Shown piece by piece: positions 1 to 13,301 of a stretch of 64,000 bases of DNA; position 1 is the stretch's first letter, and each line of letters starts with the position of its first letter. The DNA is taken from NCBI GenBank assembly GCA_964016885.1, contig CAXHJY010000045.1, forward strand, positions 1 through 64,000, in the 5' to 3' direction. The notes under the pieces are model-generated. The model was not told where the DNA came from, made no database searches, and saw only the letters and a program-made list of their open reading frames with translations. The stretch comes from Eledone cirrhosa (Eukaryota). The position numbers were made by a program, and so were the translations under genes.

Positions 1-4
1 ATTT

Positions 5-67
5 CTTTCACTATATATATTTCAGGGATATCATATTAACAATATGTTATGCCTTCCTCAGACAAAA
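5..67 (-). ncRNA. Degenerate type I hammerhead ribozyme (probable PLE pseudo-LTR cut by the window edge)
   Basis: Minus strand reads ttttgt-CTGAGGA-aggcataacatatt gtt aatatgatatccct-GAAA-tatata-TA-gtgaaa. Core boxes are intact, stem II has 12 of 14 positions paired, stem III is palindromic, stem I relies on G-U pairs. About 105 bp from the (TA)n array. Confidence 0.55.
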
Positions 68-173
68 TACAATATAGACAGTTTTATAGATAAATAGATT
101 TGACATACCGTTCAACATCGACTTGTATTTGAGAAAGTTGATTTGGCAGAAATCAACTTTCAATTTAATATCG

Positions 174-218
<45 letters not shown>

Positions 219-249
219 GTTATATATATAATATATAATATATATATAC

Positions 250-280
<31 letters not shown>

Positions 281-900
281 ATATATATATATATATAATA
301 TATATATTATATATATATATATAATATATATATTATATATATATATATAATATATATATTATATATATATATATAATATATATATTATATATATATATAT
401 ATTATATATTATATATATATATATTATATATATATATATTATATATATTATATATATATATGTATAATATATATATTATATATATATTATATATATATAT
501 AATATAAATATATATATACATAATATATATATTATATATATATATAATATATATATTATATATATATATAATATATATATTATATATATATATAATATAT
601 ATATTATATATATATATATAATATATATATTATATATATATTATATAATATATATATTATATATATATATATAATATATATATTATATATATAATATATA
701 TATTATATATATATATATAATATATATATTATATATAATATATATATATATTATATATAATATATATATATAATATATATATTATATATATATATATATT
801 ATATATATATATATAATATATATATTATATATATATATATAATATATATATTATATATATATATATAATATATATATTATATATATATAATATATATATT

Positions 901-932
<32 letters not shown>

Positions 933-1263
933 ATACATATATTATATATATATATATAATATATATATTATATATATATATATAATATATATATTATATA
1001 TATACATATATATATAATATATATATTATATATACATATATATATAATATATATATTATATATATATTATATATATATATATATAATATATATAATATAT
1101 ATATTATATATATATATATAATATATATAATATATATATTATATATATATATATATATAATATATATAATATATATATTATATATATATATATAATATAT
1201 ATATATTATATATACATATATATAATATACATATATATATATAATATATATATATAATATATA
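174..1263. repeat. (TA)n microsatellite array with AA/TT phase shifts
   Basis: About 1.1 kb of almost pure A/T dinucleotide repeat. Confidence 0.98.
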
Positions 1264-1418
1264 TATTGTTATACTTTGGGAGGGTCATGTTGCCAATAAG
1301 AAACACATGCACCAGTTGTTTTCACTTCAATTTATTATAATAAATTTATAATAAATAAATAAATTTATAAATTTCTGGTTGGTTGGTTGGTTCCACAACC
1401 AGATAGTTGTTTATACAT

Positions 1419-1474
1419 AGTCATAGTTCTTTTGTCACCTCTTCAGTGACTGGGGATGTGACCTCTTCAGTGAC
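1419..1474 (-). ncRNA. Inactivated hammerhead copy in the 3' pseudo-LTR
   Basis: Same motif as 5486-5530, but GAAA has become AAAA and loop II is replaced by a duplicated copy of atccccagtcactgaagag. Confidence 0.7.
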
Positions 1475-1670
1475 TGGGGATTCCTTTCTTCGTTTCTGTG
1501 CCTCTCCTTTGTTCTGTCCTACGCCATTTTGTTTCTGTGTGTTGTGTGCTCAGACTGCGCATGCGCCACATCCGGGTGACTGTGTGTGTTTATGTTCATT
1601 TATTTATTTGTTTATTTACCTTTTCCTTGTTGGTTGTTTGTTCTATGTATGTGTGTGTTTTCATTTTTCC

Positions 1671-4600
1671 TTAATTGTAACTTGTGATGTTTCTGTTCCA
1701 CTCATATTTTCTATTTAATTTTGGTTGTAATTCTTTTATGTTTATTGCCTCTGTAATTTGTCTAAACATTGCGTCTATTCATTGTGTAGATTCTATTTTT
1801 ATTTCTATGTTCTCTGATTTACCCTTGTGTTCTATTTTAGCATGTTGGTAGAGTACAGATGATTCTTTACTATCTTGAAGGTCTCGCCAGTGTTCATTTA
1901 TCTGTTCCCCTACACTACGAGCTGTCTCACCTATGTACACTATATTTTTGTCTCTATATTGTCCTTCAGTACATCTTATGCTATACACTACATTTCTAGT
2001 TTAACAGTTAATATGGGGGCTTATTTTACAGGTTATACATTTCTTATCTATACATGAGGGCCTTTGAAAAGGGTATGTCTTGCTAATAAGTGTTTTTACG
2101 GAGGTACCTGGTCTTTCTACTATCTTAATATTGAGTTTATGTTTATTTAGGGCCCTTCTAAATTTGTAAGCTAATTCACCTCTAGGGGTTGTATCGATTT
2201 ACATTACACTCTGGTATTTATTGCTATCATACCATGAGTTTATTCTATTAGCCTTGTTCCTAGTTCTTTCTATTCTATTCCAAAATTTGCTCCTATACAA
2301 GGGGCAGGTCCCATTTATGTCATTATTTACCATTTTTTCCCATTTGGTTCTGGCTCCTCTATACACTCTAATTTTATCTCTCTGATTGTAGCCAGAGAAC
2401 TGCATACGGTGGATGAAGTGTTGTATGTGTCTCTCTAGTTCGGGGTTGCACATGCGGGACACATTTCTCATCACTCGTACCAAATCCGCAATCAGTATGT
2501 TGATTTTGGTATGGTCCGAAACGGCTGAGTTTCGTTGGTTCAGATGTTTGGAAGTCATGTGTTTGGCATAATGGGAATGGAGGATTTGTTTTTTGTTGTT
2601 AATGGTATCTAACCAGAGCTCTGTGTCTAGTACAGGTAATCGATGGTTGGGGTGTCTACTTGGGTAGTCTATAGTAACTCTAATGCTCTGGTGGATGGAG
2701 TTTGCTATTTGCTGGATGCTTTCCATTGTGTTTTTCTCTAGTTCCTGACTGTTCTCTAGTGGGGGTGTCTTAACTACGATGTTTATATCATCAACGTAGC
2801 GGGAGTACATTATCAGGGTTAAGGGGCTTCTAATTGTTCTTTAAGTTTAAGTTTAAGTCTACTGTCCCACCATACCATGAATAAGTTAGCTATGCCGCCT
2901 GCAATCCTAACACCAATGGCTGCTCCTTCCTCTTGGGCATATGTTTTTCCATTAAATTTGAACATATGTTCCTTAAGGGTTAATTTTATGCTGGCCCCTA
3001 CCGCATGTGCAATCATTTTCTTCAGTTCATCGTGGTTTTCAGGTGTCCGTATGGCTCTGGTCCACCCGTTCCATCTATCTGTGTGGGTTTTCTTGGCCAT
3101 TGAGGTAATGGTAGGTGGTCTGCCTCTTGCTGGTCTTGTAGGGCACAGGTTGCTAAGGTATTATGTGTCTAGGTAATTATTACTATGGGTAAGCTTAAGT
3201 AGGAGTCCCAGCTCACTGGTATCAATCCCACGGAACTCAACCTTGCTCTCACTGATTTCTACGCATTTCTCCACAGCAAAATCCACGTCAATAGATGGAT
3301 ACAGGGACACAACATCCATACTGCCTATTATGCAGTTTGTTAGGTCCCTAGATCGGTTACTCACGCCGATTCTGCTGAGGAGGTCCTCTGTGCTGTCACA
3401 TACATCTGGGGACATTTCAATGATGGGGCGTATGATCAGGGAGAGGAAGTAGGACAGCCTGTAGTTACTAGCAATGTTAGCTCCACAGATTGGCCGTGTT
3501 GGTGGTCCCGCGACAGGGTCACTGCCCGTTTTATGGTCTTTTCGAAGCCCATACAACGCCGGCACGTCATTGTTCCAGGCCTGGAAGTTGTTGGCAGTCC
3601 TTTTATTGGGCTGCATCATATTCGTCCACATCACTATATGGGCATTGAGGGCTTTTTCTCTATCCTCATGCTCCTGTGGTGTTACCTCTCTTGTGTTAGT
3701 GATGTGGGGTTGCATTGCCTGGGTGTAGTTTGGCAGGCTGTCAACCGACATTCTGCCAGACTTGTCTGTTGTAAAGCATGCTATCTCTCCATTACGTGAG
3801 CGCTGCATGAGCTTACGCAAGCCATTTGCAGATTTTTCTCCCAGTTGCTGGGCCTCCATTCTATTATGCTTCTTGCTATACTGTTCTATAATGTTTCTAA
3901 GTTCGGATCTAGCTATACTAAATTGTGCTTCTGTTTGTTCATCGACCTGCGACGGCAATTGCGTGCGTTTGTTAAATGGTAAAGTCGTGGCGTGGACTCG
4001 TCGCAGGTCGAACGATTTATCGGTGGGATTATAAAACGTAGAGTTCCAGGCTGCTGCTTTATGTGTACTAGTGCTATTGTTATTGTTAGTCGTGTTGTTT
4101 CTATTTCTATTTCCACCAACAGCCTCGTGGTTGTTTCTGTCTCTCATAATTACTCCTGTCTCTTTCCACTGGCTCATTGTTGTTATCTACCCTATTTTGT
4201 GTGTCTGTGTGTTTGTCTTGGTTATTCTCTTTGTCCTTAGTCCCCCTTCTCCTTTTAATCCTATTACTTTCCCTTATTTCTGCGATTTCTGTGCTACTGT
4301 CATTACTTGTTTTCTGTGTCTGTGTGTTTGTTAAGATTGTGGTGGTGGTGGGAGGCATTGAATGTGTGTGCGTTGTTGTTGTTGATGTGTGCTTTTGTTG
4401 ATGTGTGTTGTTGTTGTCTCCGTGTGTGTTATTGTTGTTGTGTGTGTTGTTATTGTTGTTTGTGTCTTCGTGTCTGTTGTTGTTGTTTCTGGGTATGTTG
4501 TTATTGTTGTTGCTGGTGGTATGTGTGTTGTTGTTATTGTTGTTTGTGTCTGTGTGTCTGTTGTTGTTGGGATGTGTGTTGTATATGTGTGTGCGTATAT

Positions 4601-5355
4601 TGTTGCTTTTGTTTTTGTTTTTGAGGCTCCAGCGTAGTTTTGTAAATGATTTTTCTATTTTTGACAGACAACTAATCATATTTACTTTCTTGAATGTCGC
4701 AAATTTCGGGGGTAAACACAACACAGATAACTCGTCATTATCTATTATTGTTACCATATATATTTGTGTTGTTGTTGTTGTTGAACTGATCTGTTAATGA
4801 GGTGCCAGCCATATTTATACCGTCAATTTTGTCGGGATATATATTGGTATTCTCTATAGTATCCTGATTTAGCTTTATCTGCTTAAGCCACTTTAGTTTC
4901 TTGTTAAAGTGCTTATCACATTCTTGAGTAATGTACTGTTCTTCAGGGCGTATAAGGCTTATAAATATTAGTTTCTTTCTTGGTGTAGTGATCCTAGCTA
5001 TTTCTTGTATTAGGTTACGCTTATGTTTTTCTTGATGACTTAATTCTCTATAGATCTTCTTTTTTATGTTTAGAATTAAAGTTCGTTTTAGTCTATCTGC
5101 TTGTTTTTTGGTGAGTTGTAATCTTCTAACGTCGGTGTTGATGGTGTTGGTGTAAACTCGGGACGAGGCACATTCTTTTATGAAGTGTAGTTGTCGAGAT
5201 GTTATGGTTTTTCGTAGACAACAGAACATGGTGGTTTTCAGTATCTTGTTATCCTGGCTAAAGCTTACGATATTTCTTTTCTGAATTTGTTTAGCAAGAT
5301 TCTTTATCTGAAATCGTGTGTTGAAACCGATATTGTTATACTTTGGGAGGGTCAT
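1671..5355 (-). pseudogene. PLE polyprotein (N-terminal domain, RT, Cys linker, GIY-YIG endonuclease), broken by frameshifts and stops
   Basis: Consecutive minus-strand pieces: MTLPKYNN (ATG 5355); LCLPPKF; TTDKSGR, LYGLRKDHK, RPIC, SMDVVSLYPSID; QEEGAAIG; YSRYVDD, LDTELW; hand-translated CIDKKCITCKISPHINC*TRNVVYSIRC...YIGETARS...EH; ...EAINIKELQPKLNRK. Confidence 0.92.
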
Positions 5356-5485
5356 GTTGCCAATAAGAAACACATGCACCAGTTGCTTTCACTTCAATTT
5401 ATTATAATAAATTTATAATAAATTTATAAATTTATAAATTTCTGGTTGGTTGGTTGGTTCCACAATCAGATAGTTGTTTATACAT

Positions 5486-5530
5486 AGTCATAGTTCTTTC
5501 GTCACACACTCTGTGACCTCTTCAGTGACT
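5486..5530 (-). ncRNA. Minimal type I hammerhead ribozyme in the upstream pseudo-LTR
   Basis: agtca-CTGAAGA-g-gtcaca gagtg tgtgac-GAAA-g aa c-TA-tgact: stem I 5 bp, stem II 6 bp, vestigial stem III, cleavage triplet CUA. Confidence 0.85.
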
Positions 5531-5576
5531 GGAGATTCCTTTCTTTGTTTCTGTGCCTCTCCTTTGTTCTGTACTA

Positions 5577-5634
5577 CGCCATTTTGTTTCTGTGTGTGTG
5601 TTGTGTGCTCAGTCTGCGCATGCGCCACATCCGG
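5577..5634 (-). promoter_or_regulatory. Putative pseudo-LTR internal promoter motif cluster (ETS-like CCGGATGT, NRF1-like GCGCATGCGC, YY1-like AAAATGGCG)
   Basis: Three motifs within 58 bp, upstream of the hammerhead and ATG; also present in the other two repeat copies (one substitution in the NRF1-like site of the inverted copy). Function is inferred. Confidence 0.4.
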
Positions 5635-5960
5635 GTGACTGTGTGTGTTGATGTTCATTTACTTATTTGATTATTTACATATTACTGGTTGGTTGTTTGT
5701 TCTATGTGTGTGTGTGTTTTCATTTTGTCCTTAATTGGAAGTTGTGATGTTGCTGTTCCACTCATATTTTCTATTTAATTTTGGTTGTAATTCTTTTATG
5801 TTTATTGCCTCTGTAATCTCTCTAAACATTGCGTCTTTTCTGTGTGTAGATTCCACCCGGATGTGGGGCATGCGCAGACTGAGCACACAACACACACACA
5901 GAAACAAAATGGCGTAGGACAGAAAAAAGGAGAGACACAGAAACAAAGAAAGGAATCCCC

Positions 5961-6005
5961 AGTCACTGAAGAGGTCACAGAGTGTGTGACGAAAGAACTA
6001 TGACT
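5961..6005 (+). ncRNA. Minimal type I hammerhead ribozyme in the inverted pseudo-LTR
   Basis: CTGAAGA 5966-5972, GAAA 5991-5994, CTA 5998-6000, stem I agtca/tgact; exact reverse complement of 5486-5530. Confidence 0.85.
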
Positions 6006-6204
6006 ATGTATAAACAATTATCTGGTTGTGGAAACAACCAACTAGAAATTTATAAATTTATTATAAATTTATTATAATAAATTGAAGTGAAATCAACTGG
6101 TGCGTGTGTTTATTATTGGCAACATGACCCTCCGAAAGTATAACAATATCGGTTTCAACACACGATTTCAGAAAAAGAATCTTGCTAAACAAATTCAGAA
6201 ACGT

Positions 6205-6328
6205 AATATATATATATATTATATAATATATATATTATAAATTATAAATATTATATATTATATATAATATATATATATAATATATATATATAATATATGT
6301 ATAATATATAATATAATATATATATATA

Positions 6329-6368
<40 letters not shown>

Positions 6369-6713
6369 TTATATATAATATATATATAATATATATATGA
6401 TATATATAATATAAATATATAATATATATATAATATATATAATATATATATGATATATATAATATATATATAAGTTATATAATATATATATATAATATAT
6501 ATATGATATATATATAAGTTATATAATATATATATATATATAATATATATAATATATATATATATATTATATAATATATATAATATATATATTTATATAT
6601 ATTATATAATATTATATAATATATATATATATTATATAATATTATATATTATATATATATAATATATATATATAATATATATATATATATAATATATATA
6701 TTATATATATAAT

Positions 6714-6760
<47 letters not shown>

Positions 6761-6909
6761 ATATATAATATATATAATATATATATATAAATATATATAA
6801 TATATATATATGATATTTATAATATATATATAATATATTATATAATATATATAATATATATATATATAATATATATATATAATATATATATAATATATAT
6901 ATATGATAT

Positions 6910-6948
<39 letters not shown>

Positions 6949-7377
6949 TATAATATATATATAATATATATATAATATATATATAATAAATATATATAAT
7001 ATATATATAATATATATATATAATATATATATAATATATATATAATATATATATATAATATATATATATAATATATATATAATATATATATAATATTTAT
7101 ATAATATATATATATATAATATATATATATAATATTTATATAATATATATATGTAATATATATATATAATATATATAATATATAATATATATATATAATA
7201 TTATATATAATATATATATATAATATTTATATAATATATATATATAATATATATATATAATATATATAATATATAAAATATATAATATATATATATAATA
7301 TTATATATATAATATATATATAATATATATATATATTATATATATATATATTATATATATATAATATATATATTATA

Positions 7378-7420
<43 letters not shown>

Positions 7421-7522
7421 ATTATATATATAATATATATTATATATATATAATATATATATAATATATATATTATATATATATATATATAATATATATA
7501 TTATATATATATATATATAATA

Positions 7523-7578
<56 letters not shown>

Positions 7579-7950
7579 ATATATATATTATATATATATA
7601 TATATATATAATATATATAATATATAATATATATATATAATATTATATATATAATATATATATATATAATATATATAATATATAATATATATATATAATA
7701 TTATATATATAATATATATAATATATATATATAATATATATATAATATATATATATATATAATATATATATAATATATATAATATATATATATAATATAT
7801 ATATAATATATATAATATATATATATAATATATATATAATATATATATATAATATATATATATATATTACATAATATATATAATATAATATATATAATAT
7901 ATATATATATATTACATAATATATATATATAATATATATATATATATTAT

Positions 7951-7981
<31 letters not shown>

Positions 7982-8307
7982 TATATAATATTATATAATA
8001 TATATATTATATATATACATAATATATATATATATATATAATATATATATATATATTATATAATATATATTATATAATATATATAAAAAATATATATATA
8101 ATATATATAATAAATATATATATATATATATTATATAATATATATAATATATATATTATATAATATATATATTATATAATATATATTATATAATATATAT
8201 GTATATAATATATATATATAATATATATATATATATATTATATAATATATATAAAATATATATATATAATATATATAATAAATATATATATATATATATA
8301 TTATATA

Positions 8308-8348
<41 letters not shown>

Positions 8349-8535
8349 ATATATATAATATATATATATATATATATTATATAATATATATATATAATAT
8401 ATATATATTATATAATATATATAATATAATATATATAATATATATATATATATTATATAATATATATATAATATATATATATATTATATAATATATATAT
8501 ATGTATATTATATAATATATATTATATATTATATA

Positions 8536-8576
<41 letters not shown>

Positions 8577-8612
8577 AAATATATATAATATATATATATA
8601 TATATATTATAT

Positions 8613-8656
<44 letters not shown>

Positions 8657-8784
8657 ATATATATAATATAATATATATAATATATATATATATATTATAT
8701 AATATATATATAATATATATATATATTATATAATATATATATATGTATATTATATATTATATAATATATATTATATATTATATA

Positions 8785-8817
<33 letters not shown>

Positions 8818-8825
8818 TATATAAA

Positions 8826-8906
<81 letters not shown>

Positions 8907-8914
8907 TATATAAT

Positions 8915-8947
<33 letters not shown>

Positions 8948-9032
8948 TATATAATATATATATATATTATATATTATATAATATATATATATGTATATTA
9001 TATATTATATAATATATATTATATATTATATA

Positions 9033-9063
<31 letters not shown>

Positions 9064-9071
9064 TATATAAA

Positions 9072-9106
<35 letters not shown>

Positions 9107-9111
9107 TACAT

Positions 9112-9147
<36 letters not shown>

Positions 9148-9182
9148 TATATAATATATATATATATATATATATATTATAT

Positions 9183-9216
<34 letters not shown>

Positions 9217-9256
9217 TATATAATATATATATATGTATATATATATATTATATAAT

Positions 9257-9291
<35 letters not shown>

Positions 9292-10186
9292 TATATAATA
9301 TATATATATATTATATAATATATATATTATATATATATTATATTATATAATATATATATTATATATATATTATATAATATATATATATATATTATATAAT
9401 ATATATATTATATATATATATATATATTATATAATATATATATTATATATATATATATATATTATATAATATATATATTATATATATATATATAATATAT
9501 ATAATATATATATTATATATATATATATATATATATTATATAACATATATATAATATATATATATTATATAATATATATATAATATATATATATATTATA
9601 TACTATATAATATATATAATATATATATATATAATATAATATATATATATATTATATATAATATATATTATATAATATATATAATATATATTATATAATA
9701 TATATATAATATATATTATATAATATATATAATATATATTATATAATATATATAACATATATTATATAATATATATAATATAATATATATAATATATATA
9801 TAATATATATTATATAATATATATAATATATATATATAATATATATATAATATACATTATATAATATATAATATATATATAGTATATATTATATAATATA
9901 TATTATATAATATATATATTATATATTATATAATATATATTATATAATATATATATTATATAATATATATAATATATATATATAATATATATATAATATA
10001 CATTATATAATATATAATATATATATAGTATATATTATATAATATATATTATATAATATATATAATATATATATATTATATAATATATATAATATATATA
10101 TAATATATATATAATATACATTATATAATATATAATATATATATATATATTATATAATATATACATAATATATATATATATATGAT
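6205..10186. repeat. About 4 kb (TA)n/TAA array with higher-order units
   Basis: Nearly pure A/T; rare G landmarks recur at 8503, 8745, 8993 and 9235. Confidence 0.98.
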
Positions 10187-10201
10187 ATAGGAACGAGTAG
10201 G

Positions 10202-10297
10202 ACCCCGACGCCTGAGCTCAAGCCATTTCGACGGCTAATTCTGGACTAAATGAAAATGTTTATGCTGGTATATGAATAACCGAGCTTCTCAGCGGGT
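10202..10297 (-). ncRNA. Degenerate long-stem-II type I hammerhead
   Basis: acccg-CTGAGAA-gct-cggtta...tagccg-tc-GAAA-tggct tgagctca ggc-GTC-ggggt; palindromic TGAGCTCA in stem III; core position 8 is non-canonical. Confidence 0.6.
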
Positions 10298-11388
10298 AAT
10301 TCCATATATGGTAAAAGTGATTGTCACAAGGATTGGTCAAAGGTTTGTTGTTGAGACACATAATTCTATCATGGCAATTTGTGGAAGGAAGGGGTAGCTG
10401 AACCTGCCAGTAGAAGTAAGAGGTAGAGGGAGTGGAGGAAACCCAGTCGTGCGTTGATAGTGCCAATTACATCATGGCAGGGTCAATCAAGTATACTAGG
10501 GAGGGGGAGGAAGTCGAAACAATAAGTAAAACAATATGGAGTAAATATATAGAAGAATACCAAGAATGTTAAAATTATAAAAAACACAATTTCTGGTTAC
10601 TATTCCCTAACGACAGTCATCAAGTCTCTCACTGGTACTGCTAAACTATAGAAAGGTTTACTAGGTGGGACGGAATTGAAATGAGACCATTTTAAGAGTT
10701 GGTAGTAATCAACCGAGTATATCTTACGGTGACATGTTAACAAGTGGGGGCCAAAATACTAAAGAAACTACCACGAAATAATAATTCAGAGTCCCGAAAC
10801 TAATACGAAACAATTGGCTCCACCACAGGCACAAAGCTAGCAACCACCCAGTGCAAAAAATAAACTAATACGAAATAATAATTCAGAATCCCGAAAAAGA
10901 ATACTAATACTATCTCTTAGGGTGCCGCTACGATACAAAAACTCTAGTGCAAACTACATAAGTGCTCGTACGAAGTATATGAAAAATTTGATACAGAAAA
11001 TGAATTCAAAAAAAAATAAATACTGATATACGAGAAATTAAAGCAGAGATACCACTAAGAAATGTAGAAAGCACGGAAATGGGGCAGCCATCGGATAAGA
11101 AAGCAAGTATCTGGGGTCTATCACATCTGCTATAAAAAGCGTAGTCGGCCAATTCTATCATAGAATAGGGGGTGGGGGTCCTGAGGCTACAAATGACCTA
11201 GGGGCTTCCTCGGGTGGACGAGAAAGTGAAAAAGACGACGAAAAAGAAGGAGGACTGGGGTGGAAGGAGTAGGAAGGGATGGGGGGAAGAAGGAAATATA
11301 GAGGAAACGATAAAAAGATATCAAAAGAAGATCTTACGTTTACCTTTGCAACCAGGGGTTACCCATTACAAAGTCGGCAAGTGGGGTG

Positions 11389-12370
11389 TTACAACCCTTT
11401 TCTACCCCCCGGGTCATTATGGGGTTTGAGGGCGAGGTAAGTCCTACGCAATCTGTGTTTGCATGCAGTAACCATTTCGTCTTTCTTGTTTAGGAGTTGG
11501 TCCGTCGAAAACAACATTTGTAAAGTTTCCTCCGAGCATAAACTGCACGGACGGCGTCCTCCCGTGTAAGAGTTGGCTCTGGACAGTAAGCTCCAAGTGA
11601 GATTATAAGTACTATTGTTATCTTTGAGGTCCCAGATGTGGCCTGAAAGTGTGGTGGCGTTACGCCGGGCCGGGTTTCGGAAAGTGTATCTGTGTCGGTA
11701 TAGCCGGGTCTTGAAGTCACATGCGGTTAATTCTATATAAGCTTTGTTGGAGGTGTCCGTCCTCACGCTGCACTGGTAGATCACATTACGATCTCTGCAT
11801 CTGTTGTCGAGGGGGCAAATGGATCCATCAGGACAGTTGCACCTCATGGTCGGCTCTCCACTGCTATTTAGGTTATTTCTTCCATAGGGGTTGAGTTTTT
11901 TGTTGTTAGAGGAGACGATGTTTTGTGCAAAGTTTGGTGTGGTGCTGTAGGAGAGTTTGATGGTATTTTTGTTGATTATATTGTGGTAGCGGTGTTGTAG
12001 TGGGAAGTGTTTTTCGATGAGCCTAAAGAAGATTTTCCCGATAGGAGTTGCAACTCGGCGTTGTGGGGAGGATTGAACCATGTTACATTGCGTAATCGGC
12101 GGTGTCACCTGTTGGTTCCGCTGATGGAAGCTGGACAGTAGGATATTTCCTCCCGGAAACCACTCCGCTTGAGGGCCTGGTTGTAATAAGGCGCATGTTC
12201 CTCGAATATCTGCTCATTAGCGGACAAACGAGATATGCGGAGGGAGATGTTTTTAACCAGGTTATTGGTGATGTTCCTAGGATGGTTTGACCGGCGGTGG
12301 ATGTAATGCAGGTTGTCGTTGGGTTTCCTGTATGGGTAGTACAGATCATTATCGAGGTCAAGGGTAACGT
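11389..12370 (-). pseudogene. PLE RT C-terminus/thumb + Cys linker + GIY-YIG endonuclease remnant
   Basis: ORF 11389-12108 plus a hand-translated upstream frame; one internal TGA and one frameshift. Confidence 0.88.
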
Positions 12371-12769
12371 CTCATTACAATTCCGTCCCACCTAGTAAAC
12401 CTTTCTATAGTTTAGCAGTACCAGTGAGAGACTTGATGACTGTCGTTAGGGAATAGTAACCAGAAATTGTTTTTTTTAAATAATTTTAACATTCTTGGTA
12501 TTCTTCTATATATTTACTCCATATTGTTTTACTTATTGTTTCGACTTCCTCTCCCTCCCTCTCCCTAGTATACTTGATTGACCCTGCCCTGCTGTAGTTG
12601 GCACTATCAACGCACGACTGGGTTTCCTCCACTCCCTCTCTCTCTCTTTCTTCTACTGGCAGGTTCAGCTACCCCTTCCTTCCACAAATTGCCATGATAG
12701 AATTATGTGTCTCAACAACAAACTTTTGACCAATCCTTGTGACAATCACTTTTACCATATATGGAATTA

Positions 12770-12864
12770 ACCCCTGATAAGCTCAGCTATTCATATACCA
12801 AGATAAAAATGTCCACTTAGTCCAGAATTAGCCGTCGAAACGGATTGACCTCAGCCGTCGGGGT
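12770..12864 (+). ncRNA. Degenerate long-stem-II type I hammerhead (inverted copy)
   Basis: accc-CTGATAA-gct-cagcta...tagccg-tc-GAAA-cggattgacctcagcc-GTC-ggggt. Confidence 0.6.
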
Positions 12865-12956
12865 CCTACTCATTCATATTACCCACTCTACTACCCAAAG
12901 TATTGAGTACTTTGGTGCGTTGTGGTCCACCTGGTTGCTTACCACATTTCCTTCGT

Positions 12957-13294
<338 letters not shown>

Positions 13295-13301
13295 ACATGT
13301 A

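Larger units (their letters stand above)
1264..6204 (-). mobile_element. Penelope-like retroelement (C-terminal GIY-YIG; Neptune/Nematis-like linker), near full length, with direct and inverted pseudo-LTRs, inserted in (TA)n
   Basis: Direct repeat 1264-1793 / 5331-5853; inverted repeat 5278-5637 / 5854-6201; RT and GIY-YIG motifs on the minus strand; hammerheads in the repeats; (TA)n on both flanks. Clade label is inferred from the Cx4Cx2C...C linker. Confidence 0.93.
10187..12956 (-). mobile_element. 5'-truncated Penelope-like element (CxCx5Cx5C linker, probably Hydra-type clade) with inverted terminal pseudo-LTR, in (TA)n
   Basis: Inverted repeat 10191-10687 / 12369-12875. Minus-strand coding DVTLDL...YRKPND...SNHP...RISRLS...WFNPP, KHFP...NTIKLSYS, CNCPDGSICPLDNRC, VIYQC...YIELT...FKTR..RH, CSLCSEE. 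Clade name is recalled from PLE literature, not tested. Confidence 0.9.

Noticed and set aside
4177-4797. Cys-, Val- or Leu-rich + strand ORFs resembling metallothionein or membrane proteins
   Set aside because: Antisense readings of the (AAC)n/(AC)n spacer of the PLE.
12100-12112. In-frame TGA in a PLE as possible selenocysteine (as in some Naiad PLEs)
   Set aside because: It lies in an Arg-rich linker (likely CGA>TGA decay), not at a Cys position; the copy is also frameshifted, and the stops I read in the 1264-6204 linker are TAA.
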